A stretch of 64,000 nt of DNA from an uncultured Gemmatimonadales bacterium (GTDB lineage: Bacteria > Gemmatimonadota > Gemmatimonadetes > Longimicrobiales > Gaopeijiaceae), in contig CAWELD010000003.1 of the NCBI GenBank assembly GCA_963809895.1, positions 64,001 through 128,000 of the forward strand. Reading direction: 5' to 3'. Position numbers and translations under genes: made by a program. The notes under the pieces are model-generated. The model saw nothing but the letters and a program-made list of their open reading frames with translations, was not told the origin of the DNA and did no database searches. Positions 35,156 to 45,169 of the stretch are shown piece by piece; positions within the stretch are counted from its first letter, which is position 1, and every line of letters starts with the position of its first letter.

Positions 35156-37915
35156 ATGCGCATCGCATCCCTCCGGCGTGTGGCGATGCTGGCCGTGGCG
35201 CTCTCGGTCCCTCTGCCGAGCGCGCTGCGGGCTCAACCGCTGCCCACGCAACCCAAGCAGCCTCCCGTTTTCGTCATCAGCAACGCCCGAGTCGTGACGG
35301 TCTCGGGCCAGACGCTCGACCGCGGCACCGTGCTGGTCTCGGACGGCGTCATCCGAGCCGTGGGCCAGAACGTCCAGGTGCCCGACGACGCCTGGACCCT
35401 CGACGGCTCCGGCATGACGGTCTATCCAGGCCTCATCGACGGCATGTCGACGGTGGGCCATCCGGCCGCCGGTGGACAGCAGAACGGAGGAGGGGGCTTC
35501 GGAGGAGGGTTCGGCCAGAACATCGATCCCGACGACTATTCCTGGGGACCCGAGTACAGGCCCGGCACCTTCACCTGGCTGAGCGCGGCCGACGACATCG
35601 ACATGGCCGACGAGCGGGTGCAGTCGTGGCGCAACGCCGGCTTCACCACCACGGTATCGACGCTCGAGGACGGGTTCGTCCCGGGTGACGCCGCCGTTCT
35701 CGACCTCGCCGGCGAGCGGGGCCGCGAGATGGTGGTGGCCAGCCGCGTGGGCACGCGGGTGAACCTCCAGGCCCGGGGCTATCCGGGCTATCCGGGGTCG
35801 CTGCTCGGCTCCTTCGCCTACCTGAAGCAGCTCTACCTCGACGGACAGCACTACGATCTCGTGTGGTCGGCCTACGAGGCCGATCCGGTGGGCAAGACCC
35901 GGCCCGAGTGGGACCGGGCCCTGGACCCCATTCGCGACGCGCTCCATCAGGAGCGGCCCATCCTGTTCCCGGCAGACGACCGCACGCAGATCGAGCGCGC
36001 GATCAAGACCGCCGACGTCATGGGCCTGCCGGTGATCGTGTACGGAGGCCAGGACGCCTGGAACGCCGCCGACGTGTTGAGCGCGGCCGATGTTCCCGTA
36101 CTCCTGGATCTGAACTGGCCCACGGCCCCCACGGGCCCCGCCGCCGCCAACGACGATCCGGACCTGTTGACCCTCCGGCAGCGCGAGTACGCGCCCACCA
36201 CGCCGAAGGTACTGGCCGACGCGGGCGTTCCGTTCGCCTTCGCGGCCGGCTCGCTCCGCAATCCAGCCGACGCCCGGGCGCGGGTGCGGACCGCCATCGC
36301 GCGCGGCCTGTCGCCCGATGACGCGCTCAAGGCCATGACGCTGTGGCCCGCGCGCATCTTCGGCCTGGACGACCGCATGGGCAGCATCGATGTGGGCAAG
36401 ATCGCCAACTTCGTGGTCACCGACGGCGACCTGTTCGATGCGGACACGCACGTGAAGTGGGTCATCGTCGACGGACGGCCCTTCGAGATGGAGGAGCCGG
36501 CGTCGACCCGCATGGCGTCCAACGCCAACGGGAACGGGAACGGCCGCGGACAGCGCGACGCCGCCGCCGAAGAGGGCCCGGGCGAGCCGGTGCCCATGGC
36601 CCAGGACACGGGGCCCTACCGTGACGACGCGGTGACCGCGATCCGCGGCGCCACCGTCTACACGGTGACCAACGGCGTCATCGAGAACGGCACGGTGGTG
36701 ATCCGTAACGGCAAGATCGCCGCCGTGGGCGGGGCCGATACGCAGATTCCCAGTGGGGCCCACGTCGTCGACGGCACGGGCATGCACCTGACGCCGGGCA
36801 TCATCGACGCCCACTCCCACATCGCCGCCGACGCCATCAACGAAGGCACGGTGAACGTGTCGGCCATGGTGGGGATCAAGGACGTGATCAATCCCACCGA
36901 GATCGCCATCTACCGGGCCCTCGCCGGTGGCGTCACGACCATCAACCTGCTGCACGGGTCGGCGAATCCCATCGGTGGCCGCAACGCGATCCTCAAGATG
37001 CGCTGGGGCTCGGACGCCGACGACATGATCTTCCAGGCGGCCCCGGAGGGGATCAAGTTCGCCCTGGGCGAGAACGTCAAGCGCGACCGCACTCCCGATC
37101 GCTACCCCAATTCGCGCATGGGCGTGCAGGACGTGATCCGGGAGGCTTTCCTGGACGCACAGGTCTACCAGGCCAAATGGGACGCCTACGAGGCGGCCAG
37201 GGCACGGGGCGACGACGACGCGCTCCCGCCCCGGCGCGATCTCAAGCTGGAGACGCTGGCCCAGGTGCTGTCCGGTGAACGGCTCGTGCACGCACACTCG
37301 TATCGGGCCGACGAAATCCTGCAGCTGCTGCGCACCGCGGAGGACTTCGGCGTGCGCGTCGCCACGCTGCAGCACGTGCTGGAGGGCTACAAGATCGCCG
37401 ACGAGATCGCGGCCCACGGTGCGGGTGCCTCCACCTTCTCCGACTGGTGGGCCTACAAGGTGGAGGCGTACGACGCCATCCCCTACAATGCCGCGCTCAT
37501 GACCGATCGGGGCGTGGTGGTCTCCATCAACTCCGACGACGCCGAGGAGATGCGGCACCTGAATCAGGAGGCGGCCAAGACCATGAAGTGGGGAGGGATG
37601 TCCCACAACGAAGCGCTCAAGATGGTCACGCTCAATCCCGCGATTCAGCTCGGCGTGGACGACGAGGTGGGAAGCATCGAGGTGGGCAAGGACGCCGACC
37701 TCACGCTCTTCAACGCCGACCCGCTGACCATCGACGCGGTGGTGCAGCAGACCTACGTGGACGGCAAGCTCTACTTCGACATCGACCTCGACAAGGAGCG
37801 GCAGAAGGCCATCGAGGCGGAGATGAAGGCGCTCATGGAGAAGCAGAAGGGTAGGAGCGGTACGCGGGTCGTGACCGACGGAGCCGTGGCTCCGCGCCAG
37901 GAGGTGGTCCGATGA
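35156..37915 (+). CDS. Secreted two-module amidohydrolase family protein
   Basis: Start ATG 35156 (GGAG RBS). Module 1 YPGLIDGMS lacks HxH. Module 2 has PGIIDAHSH, KFALGEN, HSYRADE, QHVLEGYK, SINSD, GSIEVGKDAD. Confidence 0.9.
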   Translation: MRIASLRRVAMLAVALSVPLPSALRAQPLPTQPKQPPVFVISNARVVTVSGQTLDRGTVLVSDGVIRAVGQNVQVPDDAWTLDGSGMTVYPGLIDGMSTVGHPAAGGQQNGGGGFGGGFGQNIDPDDYSWGPEYRPGTFTWLSAADDIDMADERVQSWRNAGFTTTVSTLEDGFVPGDAAVLDLAGERGREMVVASRVGTRVNLQARGYPGYPGSLLGSFAYLKQLYLDGQHYDLVWSAYEADPVGKTRPEWDRALDPIRDALHQERPILFPADDRTQIERAIKTADVMGLPVIVYGGQDAWNAADVLSAADVPVLLDLNWPTAPTGPAAANDDPDLLTLRQREYAPTTPKVLADAGVPFAFAAGSLRNPADARARVRTAIARGLSPDDALKAMTLWPARIFGLDDRMGSIDVGKIANFVVTDGDLFDADTHVKWVIVDGRPFEMEEPASTRMASNANGNGNGRGQRDAAAEEGPGEPVPMAQDTGPYRDDAVTAIRGATVYTVTNGVIENGTVVIRNGKIAAVGGADTQIPSGAHVVDGTGMHLTPGIIDAHSHIAADAINEGTVNVSAMVGIKDVINPTEIAIYRALAGGVTTINLLHGSANPIGGRNAILKMRWGSDADDMIFQAAPEGIKFALGENVKRDRTPDRYPNSRMGVQDVIREAFLDAQVYQAKWDAYEAARARGDDDALPPRRDLKLETLAQVLSGERLVHAHSYRADEILQLLRTAEDFGVRVATLQHVLEGYKIADEIAAHGAGASTFSDWWAYKVEAYDAIPYNAALMTDRGVVVSINSDDAEEMRHLNQEAAKTMKWGGMSHNEALKMVTLNPAIQLGVDDEVGSIEVGKDADLTLFNADPLTIDAVVQQTYVDGKLYFDIDLDKERQKAIEAEMKALMEKQKGRSGTRVVTDGAVAPRQEVVR

Positions 37916-39219
37916 GCCGCCGGTTCGCGAGCCTCCGCGCGGGAGGCACGGCGCTGGTCCTGGCGACCCTGGCGGCGGCCGGTCCGCTGGCCGCCCAGAC
38001 CCTGGCCGTACGTGGCGGGACCGTCCATACGCTGGCGGGCGATCCCTTCGTGGGCACGGTCGTGGCGACCGACGGCGTCATCACGGCGGTGGGCGCCGAC
38101 GTTCAGGTGCCGCAGGGTGCGACCGTGATCGACGCGACGGGGAAGCAGGTGTACCCTGGACTGTTCGACGCGGGCACGCAGCTCGGCCTCACCGAGATCG
38201 GTTCGGTCGACGTGACCCAGGACTCGAGGGAGCTGGGGCTCTTCAACCCGCAGCTCCAGACCATGACGGCCATCCACCCGGCCTCGGAGCACATTCCGGT
38301 GGCCCGTGCCAACGGCATCACCCACACGCTGGCGGTACCGGGCACGTCGCCGGGCGGGATCGCCGGCCAGGCGTCGCTGGTCAATCTCGACGGCTGGACC
38401 GTCGAGGAGATGATGATCGCTCCGGGCGCCGCCATGATGATGGTGTGGCCCTCCAAGGGAGGCGGATTCGGCCGTTTCCGGGGCTTCGGCGGCGGCGGGG
38501 GCAACCCGGCCGAGCGTGAGCGGATGTACCAGGAAGCCGTGGATCGGTACACGACCTGGCTGGAGGCGGCTCGGCACTACGAGTCCGCGTACACCGGTGG
38601 TCCGGTGGGCCGCGACCTCAAGCTCGAGGCGCTGGACCGGGTGGTGGACGGGGACATGCCGCTCCTGGTGCAGGTCAACAACGCCGAAGAGATCCGGGAT
38701 GCCGTGGAGTGGGCCGACGCGCAGAACGTGAAGATCGTCATCGCCGGTGGCGAGGAAGCCGACGAGGTGGCCGATCTGCTCGTGGAGAAGGGCGTGGGCG
38801 TCATCCTCGGGCCCACGCAGAGCCTGCCCCGCGAGCGCGACGCCGACTACGACGCCCGGTACCGGCTCCCGGCCAGGCTGCAGGCGGCGGGCGTGAAGAT
38901 CGCCTTCGCCACCTACAATTCGTCGGATTCGCGCGTGCTTCCGTACGAGGCCGGGCAGGCCATGGCCTTCGGGCTGCCCCGTGAGGAGGCCCTCAGGGCC
39001 ATCACGGTGAACGCCGCCGACATGCTGGGCTTCGGCGACCGGCTGGGCACGCTGGAGTCGGGCAAGATCGCGAATCTCATCGTCACGGACGGTGATCCCC
39101 TGGAGATCCAGACGCAGGTGGAGCACCTGGTGATCGGTGGCCACGAGGCCAGCACCGACAACAAGCACCTCGATCTGTACATGAAGTACCGGGCTCGCCC
39201 CCATCCGGGAGGCAACTGA
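37912..39219 (+). CDS. Secreted amidohydrolase-fold protein lacking the HxH metal motif
   Basis: YPGLFDAGTQLG, ARANGIT, GTLESGKIANLIVTDGDPLE; ATGA overlap with the upstream gene. Confidence 0.88.
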   Translation: MSRRFASLRAGGTALVLATLAAAGPLAAQTLAVRGGTVHTLAGDPFVGTVVATDGVITAVGADVQVPQGATVIDATGKQVYPGLFDAGTQLGLTEIGSVDVTQDSRELGLFNPQLQTMTAIHPASEHIPVARANGITHTLAVPGTSPGGIAGQASLVNLDGWTVEEMMIAPGAAMMMVWPSKGGGFGRFRGFGGGGGNPAERERMYQEAVDRYTTWLEAARHYESAYTGGPVGRDLKLEALDRVVDGDMPLLVQVNNAEEIRDAVEWADAQNVKIVIAGGEEADEVADLLVEKGVGVILGPTQSLPRERDADYDARYRLPARLQAAGVKIAFATYNSSDSRVLPYEAGQAMAFGLPREEALRAITVNAADMLGFGDRLGTLESGKIANLIVTDGDPLEIQTQVEHLVIGGHEASTDNKHLDLYMKYRARPHPGGN

Positions 39220-39244
39220 CCGGACGGCGAGCCTTCGCTCCGGT

Positions 39245-39278
39245 ACGGCCCCGCGGGCAGGTGCGCCCGCGGGGCCGT
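39245..39278 (+). terminator. Perfect 14-bp inverted repeat after the amidohydrolase pair
   Basis: ACGGCCCCGCGGGC / GCCCGCGGGGCCGT; no clear U-tail. Confidence 0.5.
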
Positions 39279-39305
39279 CCTGTACCCTTCTGAGCGGGAG
39301 GAGAC

Positions 39306-40364
39306 ATGGCACGCACGACGTTGTTCGCCGTGACGGCGGCGCTGACCACGCTGCCCGTCGTCGCACCCCGGACCGAAGCCGCAGCGCAGCTCCAGATTCC
39401 CATCCAGGAGTGGGAAGTACCCTGGGCCCAGTCCCGCCCGCGGGACCCCGACCTGGGTCCCGACGGCCGCGTCTGGTTCGTTGGACAGCGTGGTGACTAC
39501 GTGGGGGTGCTCGATCCGGCTACGGGCGACATGAACCGCTTCGATCTGTCCCAAGGCGCCGGGCCCCACAATCTCCTGGTCACCGACGACGGCACGGTGT
39601 GGTACACCGGCAACGCCGACCGCCACATCGGTCGGCTGGACGCCGCCAGCGGCGCCATCGAGCGCTTTCCCATGCCCGACGAGGCCGCGCGGGACCCCCA
39701 CACCCTCATCGAAGACGGCCACGGGGGCATGTGGTTCACGGTCCAGGGAGGGAACTTCGTCGGCCACTTCGATCCGTCCGATGGTGACATCGAGCTCATC
39801 CAGGCTCCCATGGCGGAGAGCCGGGGACGGCCCGCGAGCAGTCGACCCTACGGGATCAAGCTCGACTCCCGAGGCGTGCCGTGGGTGGCGCTGTTCGGCA
39901 CCAATCTCATCGCCCGGGTCGATGCGGCCAGCATGACCCTCGAGACCTTCGAGCTCCCGGACCCGGGAGCCCGCCCACGGCGGCTGGTCATCGACTCGGC
40001 GGACCGCATCTGGTACACGGACTACGCCCGCGGCAAGCTCGGCCGGCTCGATCCCACCACCGGTGACGTGAGCGAGTGGGACAACCCGGGTGGCGACGAC
40101 TCCCGCCCGTACGGGATGGCCGTGGACGCCGGCGACCGCATCTGGTTCGTGGAGACGGGCCTGGATCCCAATACCTTCGTCGGGTTCGACCCGGCGACGG
40201 AGGAGTTCTTCTCCAGGACCGAGATCGACAGCGGTGGCGGGGCCGTGCGCCACATGGTCTACGACCGCGACAACAACGTCGTCTGGTTCGGCACGGACGC
40301 GAACACCATCGGTCGAGCCCAGCTTCCACCGCTCCGGGGCCGGAGTGTCTCGGAAGGGGACTGA
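39306..40364 (+). CDS. Secreted Vgb (virginiamycin B lyase)-like beta-propeller protein
   Basis: Signal peptide; repeated P(H/Y/R)xxxxDxxGxxW(F/Y) and GRLDP blades. Confidence 0.85.
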   Translation: MARTTLFAVTAALTTLPVVAPRTEAAAQLQIPIQEWEVPWAQSRPRDPDLGPDGRVWFVGQRGDYVGVLDPATGDMNRFDLSQGAGPHNLLVTDDGTVWYTGNADRHIGRLDAASGAIERFPMPDEAARDPHTLIEDGHGGMWFTVQGGNFVGHFDPSDGDIELIQAPMAESRGRPASSRPYGIKLDSRGVPWVALFGTNLIARVDAASMTLETFELPDPGARPRRLVIDSADRIWYTDYARGKLGRLDPTTGDVSEWDNPGGDDSRPYGMAVDAGDRIWFVETGLDPNTFVGFDPATEEFFSRTEIDSGGGAVRHMVYDRDNNVVWFGTDANTIGRAQLPPLRGRSVSEGD

Positions 40365-40999
40365 TGCCGGGGTTCGGGGTCAGGTGTGCCCAGTTGATTC
40401 CGGTCCTGGTGATGGGTGCCCTGGTAGGGCCGTTGCCAGGGCCGGAAGCCTCGGACGCGGTGGTGCCCCCGCACGCGGATGGGCCGCCCCCGGCGCACAC
40501 AGGTGGCTTCGGCGAGCCCACCTGCCTCGAGTGCCATTCGGACTTCGGGCTGAACGAGTCGGGTGGGCGCCTGACCCTGGACGGTCCGCCGACCCGGTAC
40601 GAGCCGGGACGTACCTACACGATCTCGGTGGTGCTCGAGAGCGGCGAGATGGTCAAGGCCGGGTTCCAGCTTTCCGCGCGCGACCCGACCGGCAGGCAAG
40701 CCGGGACCTTCGTCGCAACGGACCCCCGTGCCGCCGTGCAGAGCGAAGGGGGTGTGGAATACGCCCATCAGACGCTGACGGGCTCGGACGCCGACGATCC
40801 CGAGGTGGTCAGGTGGAGGGTTGCCTGGACGGCGCCCGGCGGTGGGGTCGTGCACTTCCATGCGGCCGCGAACTCGGCCAATGGCGACGATTCGCCCTTC
40901 GGTGACCTCATCTACGCCGTCTCGGCGACCAGCGAAGCGCCGACATCGCCCGGGGCCTCGCAGCCGTCGAGGTGGCCGGACCCTCGTCATCTGCGGTAG
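40364..40999 (+). CDS. Secreted Reeler-like ('choice-of-anchor V'-type) protein with a CxxCH motif
   Basis: ATG overlaps the vgb stop (TGATG). GPPPAHTGGFGEPTCLECH, YEPGRTYTISV, AGFQLSA, WTAP, AANSANGD. Confidence 0.75.
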   Translation: MPGFGVRCAQLIPVLVMGALVGPLPGPEASDAVVPPHADGPPPAHTGGFGEPTCLECHSDFGLNESGGRLTLDGPPTRYEPGRTYTISVVLESGEMVKAGFQLSARDPTGRQAGTFVATDPRAAVQSEGGVEYAHQTLTGSDADDPEVVRWRVAWTAPGGGVVHFHAAANSANGDDSPFGDLIYAVSATSEAPTSPGASQPSRWPDPRHLR

Positions 41000-41055
41000 C
41001 TTGGAAGAAGGACCGCACTTCGACGGGTTTCCGGTTTCCCGCCCCCATACGACCT

Positions 41056-42900
41056 ATGCGTTTCGCCTACATCGACTCCCAGGGAAAGGAGGTGGGCATC
41101 CCCAGTGTGGATGCCCTCCGCCTCAGGATCGCCCTCAAGGCCATCACCGCGGACACCGTGTTCTTCGACGGGTCCACGGAGCGATGGGCTCCCGCCGGCG
41201 AACACGACATCTTCCGAACGCTCAAGAAGGAGCTGGACGAGCAGGAGGAGGGAACGTTCGTGGCCCCACCGCCGCCGGCGACCGACGAGGCCCCTGGCGC
41301 GCTGAATGCCGACGCGCTGGAGGTGGAAGCGAACGCGGAGAGCCCGGACGCCACCACCGGCGACGAGGCCGCCGAAGACTGGCGGTTCCAGATCAGCAAT
41401 TCGCCATCGGCCCGGGACGAGGCCGAGGAAGACAGCACCGGGAGCACGCCACCGGAGGGCGGGCCGCAGGATCCGACGAAAGTCGAGCCGGTCGGTACGT
41501 CGTCCTGGCTCGAGGTGGACGGAGACGAGAACGACCCGGTCTTCAATCTGGAAGAATCCGAGTTCGTCGACTCCGAGCCGGAAGAAGACGGTCCGGACCG
41601 CTTCGACCTGGTTCCCGAATTCGGGGGGCCCGATCCCGACGATGTCGAAGTGGAGGACGCGTTGCCCGAGGAGGAGGCACCTGAGGAGGTGGAACGGGCT
41701 TCCGCCGCACCGGAGGCTTCCGGCCCAGCCGAACCTCCGTCGGCGGAGGCCGGCCCCGAGGAGGGCGGCGAGACGGAGGCGGTCGGGGCGACGGTCGAGC
41801 CCGAGGTGGTCGAGGGATTCCAGGCCGACCGCTTCGATTTCGAGGGAGTGCTCGAGGAGTCGGGCTGGGGCGACGAGCCTCCGCCTGCCGAAGACGAGCT
41901 CGAGGAGGGCGACGAGGCGCAGGAGGGATCGGACGAGGATCTGGGCCTCGTGGACGCCACGGCCGAGGCGGTAGCCTCCGCCGCCGGAGGCGACGACCTT
42001 CCGCTCCCGACCCGGGAGGAACTGGCCCGCCGTCCCGATGCTCCCCGCCCCTCAGGTGCCGGCGGCGGCGTCCCTCCGGGTAGCCGCAAGGTGCGGGCGG
42101 GTCCGCCGCCGCCACGTCGGCCGCGTCGGCGCGGTCTCGGGGCTGCCCCCGTCGTGGGGGTGGTCCTGGTGTTGGGCGTGGCGGGGGCGGGCTGGTGGAT
42201 GTTCGGCCGTGGTGGAGCTCCTGCCGAGGAAGCGGCGGCTCCCGCACCTCCTCCGGTGGCGATCCCCGATGTCCCGGCCGAGCTGGAGCCGCGGGTGCGC
42301 GAGCTGGGATCCCAGGTCCGGGCCGCCTCTCTGGAGGCCCTGCGTGGTCTTCCGGCACGGATGGATGTGCCAGCCGAGCCTTCGCAGGAGTGGCTGGGTG
42401 GATCCTACATGGCCAACGCGAGCCGCTACGGCGACGTCCAGCGGTACTGGTCGACCATGGACGGCTTCCTGCGTGACATGCAGGCTGCCGAGGACTCGAT
42501 CTTCGCGGCGGAGCTCTCCTCGCACATGGCGTCCGCGGCGCTGCCGCCGGATACCGCGAAGTTGCTGCAGGATCGGATCCTGGCCGGGTTCCGGGCGACC
42601 GCCAGGGAGCGGGGCGCCGTGTACCAGCAGGCGCGGGGCGTGGCCGAGGCCGCACTCCGGCTGCACACCTTCCTGGTGGAGAACGAGCCCTCCATCGACT
42701 ACGAGCCCGCGGCCGGGGGCATCTCCAGGGACCCGGTGCTTGAGGCGGTACCGGCGACCCCGGAGCTGGGCGAGGAGATGTGGGACCGCGTGGGCGAGAT
42801 CACCAGGGCCCTGGACTCCCTGGACTTCCTCGACCGGGTGACCACACAGCGCCTGGTCGACGCCATCACGGCGAAGCTGGAGCGCATCGAGCTGCGCTGA
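41056..42900 (+). CDS. Uncharacterised bitopic membrane protein; paralog of 27235-28689
   Basis: Start ATG 41056 (MRFAYIDSQGKEV). Very acidic D/E linker, TM PVVGVVLVLGVAGAGWWMF, C-terminal ISRDPVLEAVP. Confidence 0.78.
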   Translation: MRFAYIDSQGKEVGIPSVDALRLRIALKAITADTVFFDGSTERWAPAGEHDIFRTLKKELDEQEEGTFVAPPPPATDEAPGALNADALEVEANAESPDATTGDEAAEDWRFQISNSPSARDEAEEDSTGSTPPEGGPQDPTKVEPVGTSSWLEVDGDENDPVFNLEESEFVDSEPEEDGPDRFDLVPEFGGPDPDDVEVEDALPEEEAPEEVERASAAPEASGPAEPPSAEAGPEEGGETEAVGATVEPEVVEGFQADRFDFEGVLEESGWGDEPPPAEDELEEGDEAQEGSDEDLGLVDATAEAVASAAGGDDLPLPTREELARRPDAPRPSGAGGGVPPGSRKVRAGPPPPRRPRRRGLGAAPVVGVVLVLGVAGAGWWMFGRGGAPAEEAAAPAPPPVAIPDVPAELEPRVRELGSQVRAASLEALRGLPARMDVPAEPSQEWLGGSYMANASRYGDVQRYWSTMDGFLRDMQAAEDSIFAAELSSHMASAALPPDTAKLLQDRILAGFRATARERGAVYQQARGVAEAALRLHTFLVENEPSIDYEPAAGGISRDPVLEAVPATPELGEEMWDRVGEITRALDSLDFLDRVTTQRLVDAITAKLERIELR

Positions 42901-43098
42901 GGGGGTGGCCTTCTCGAGTCGGAGGCCGGCGGCCTCCGGCTGCCGCGCTCCTCGCGTGTAAGGAACGCCGAGGAGGCGCGTAGGCGGAGAGGCGGGGCGG
43001 GCGGGTAGACTGCAACTCTTCCAGGACCCGGCACGTCCCAGGGGAAAGCCGGCTCGGGAAGGGCCGGCGCTACCTTTCCGCCGATCAAGGACGCTCCC

Positions 43099-44389
43099 AT
43101 GCGTGTGTCTGCCCTTCTCGTCGTGCTCGTCGCTGTGGTATCCGGACCCCGGACGGTGTCCGCACAGGGTCCTGAGGCGAGGGGGAGCGATCGCCTCCGG
43201 GTCTTCCTCGACTGCCAGACGGTCTGCGACCAGACCTTCATCCGCACCGAGATCACCTGGGTCGATTGGGTGCGAGACCGCGAGGACGCCGCCGTTCACG
43301 TCCTGGTGACGGGCGAGGGCACCGGAGGGGGTGGTCGCCGCTACTCCCTTGATTTCATCGGGCGCGGCCCGTTTCAGGGCGATGATCACACCATGACCTA
43401 CACGTCGTCGGGGGACGCCACTTCCGACGAGGCCCGCACGGGGTTCACCCGGGTGCTCGGCCTGGGGCTGACCAGCTACGCCCGCGGCAGCGCAACCCTT
43501 CGACCGTCTGAGCGTGCAATACCGTCCGCCGCGGAGTGCGCCTGGAACCGCCGGTCCGCCACAGAACGACCCCTGGGATTTCTGGGTGTTTCGACTGGGG
43601 CTGAACGCCTATTTGAACGGCGAGTCGCTTCAGAGCTCGTCGCAGGCATCGGGGAGCCTGAACGCGTCACGCACCACGGACGACTGGAAGCTCAGCTTCA
43701 GCGGCTCCTACAGCAAGCGTAGCAGCACCTACGAGCTCTCGGATCGATCCGTGACCACGCGGGTGGAGGACTGGAGCTCCAGCGGTCTGGCGGTGAAGAG
43801 CCTGGGTGACCACTGGTCCCTCGGTGCCCGCGCCTCTGCCGGCTCGTCGACGTTCTACAATCAGGACTTTCGTTGGAGCCTGCAGCCGGGTGTCGAATTC
43901 AACTTCTTTCCCTACGGCGAGACCGCGCGCCGTGAACTGACGCTTCAATACCTGGTCGGAATCAACCACTGGGACTACACCGAGGAGACCCTCTTCGGGG
44001 AGATCTCGGAAACCCGGCCGAGCCACTCCGTCGTCCTGGGCCTCGACCTGACCCAACCCTGGGGACGGACCAGCATCTCCATCTCCGGATCCCAGTATCT
44101 GCACGACGCATCCAGATACTCGGCGGGCATCTCCGGCTATGCGCAGGTGCGCCTGTTCAAGGGATTCTCGTTCAACGTGAACGGTAGCTACTCGCGGGTC
44201 CACGACCAGCTCTATCTTCCCAAGGGCGACGCCACCGACGACGAGATCCTCACCCGCCAGCGGCAGCTGGAGACGAGTTACTTCTACTACACCTCGTTCG
44301 GGATCAGCTACCGCTTCGGATCGATCTTCAACAACGTCGTCAACCCGCGCTTCGGCTCATCGCCGGGCGGCACGGTGATCTACTTCTGA
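43099..44389 (+). pseudogene. Outer-membrane beta-barrel protein split by a +1 frameshift near 43496 (or an intact gene with a sequencing error)
   Basis: Signal peptide plus RVFLDCQTVCD...WVRDREDAAVHVL in one frame; barrel half DPWDFWVF...YRFGSIFNNVVNPRF in another. Deleting one C in ACCCTT gives ...ATFDRLSVQYRP. Confidence 0.75.
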
Positions 44390-44407
44390 CGCGCGCCTCG
44401 GCCCTGA

Positions 44408-45007
44408 TCAGGCGGAGAAGTACGGATTGACCCCGCTGGCGTGGTCCGTGATGTCGTGCACGGCGGTGAGCTCGGGGATGGCCTGACGCAGCATGCGCTC
44501 GACACCCTGTTGAAGCGTCAGGCGGGACATGGCGCATCCCTGACAGCCGCCGGTCATCTCGAGGAAGACCTCGGAATCCTGGACGTCCACGAGGGTGATG
44601 GCGCCGCCGTGCGAAGCGATGGCTGGGTTGACCTGCTGCTCCAGTACCTCGCGCACGCGGTCGGCGATGAGCCCCCGGGGCGGCTCCACCGCGCCCCTCG
44701 CCGCTTCGCCGCCATTCGACCTGGTCCGTGGCACGACCTGGAAACCGCTCTCGTTGACGCGCTCCACGAAGTCCACCGTGGCCCCGTCGAGAGCCTCGGC
44801 CTGCTCCTCGGCCACCAGCACCGTCAGACCATCCAGCGACACCTCACGCTCGTCCTGTCTGCGCTCCTCGGCGCCCACCAGCGTGAGCTCGAACTCGGGA
44901 GCCACCGGACTGCCGTGCATGGCGATGCGAAGGTACTCGAGCTCGCCCTCGCTCTGATCGAGGAAGGAGCGGACCATGTCGCGCGCCTTGTCGGTGAATG
45001 TCAGCAT
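44408..45007 (-). CDS. nfuA: NfuA-like Fe-S carrier (degenerate A-type domain plus NifU C-terminal domain)
   Basis: Start ATG 45007 (MLTFTDKA). LDGATVDFV, VNPAIASHGG, GGCQGC, DITDHASGVNPY. Confidence 0.85.
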   Translation of the reverse strand: MLTFTDKARDMVRSFLDQSEGELEYLRIAMHGSPVAPEFELTLVGAEERRQDEREVSLDGLTVLVAEEQAEALDGATVDFVERVNESGFQVVPRTRSNGGEAARGAVEPPRGLIADRVREVLEQQVNPAIASHGGAITLVDVQDSEVFLEMTGGCQGCAMSRLTLQQGVERMLRQAIPELTAVHDITDHASGVNPYFSA

Positions 45008-45169
45008 CTGAACTCCCGCGGCTTCGGTTCGACTCGCTGGGCCGGGCGTGGCCCGGTGATGCAATACCCGACGCCCCGGCACCGGATCCCTCCGACGCAC
45101 ACGGCGACGATCCACGCTGCCGAAGAGGGTAACCCGTCCCGGGCCCGGCAGGAAGCCGCAGGCCGCCGG

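Noticed and set aside
39306..40364. Calling the Vgb-like gene an antibiotic resistance determinant
   Set aside because: Secreted generic propeller; catalytic residues not verified.
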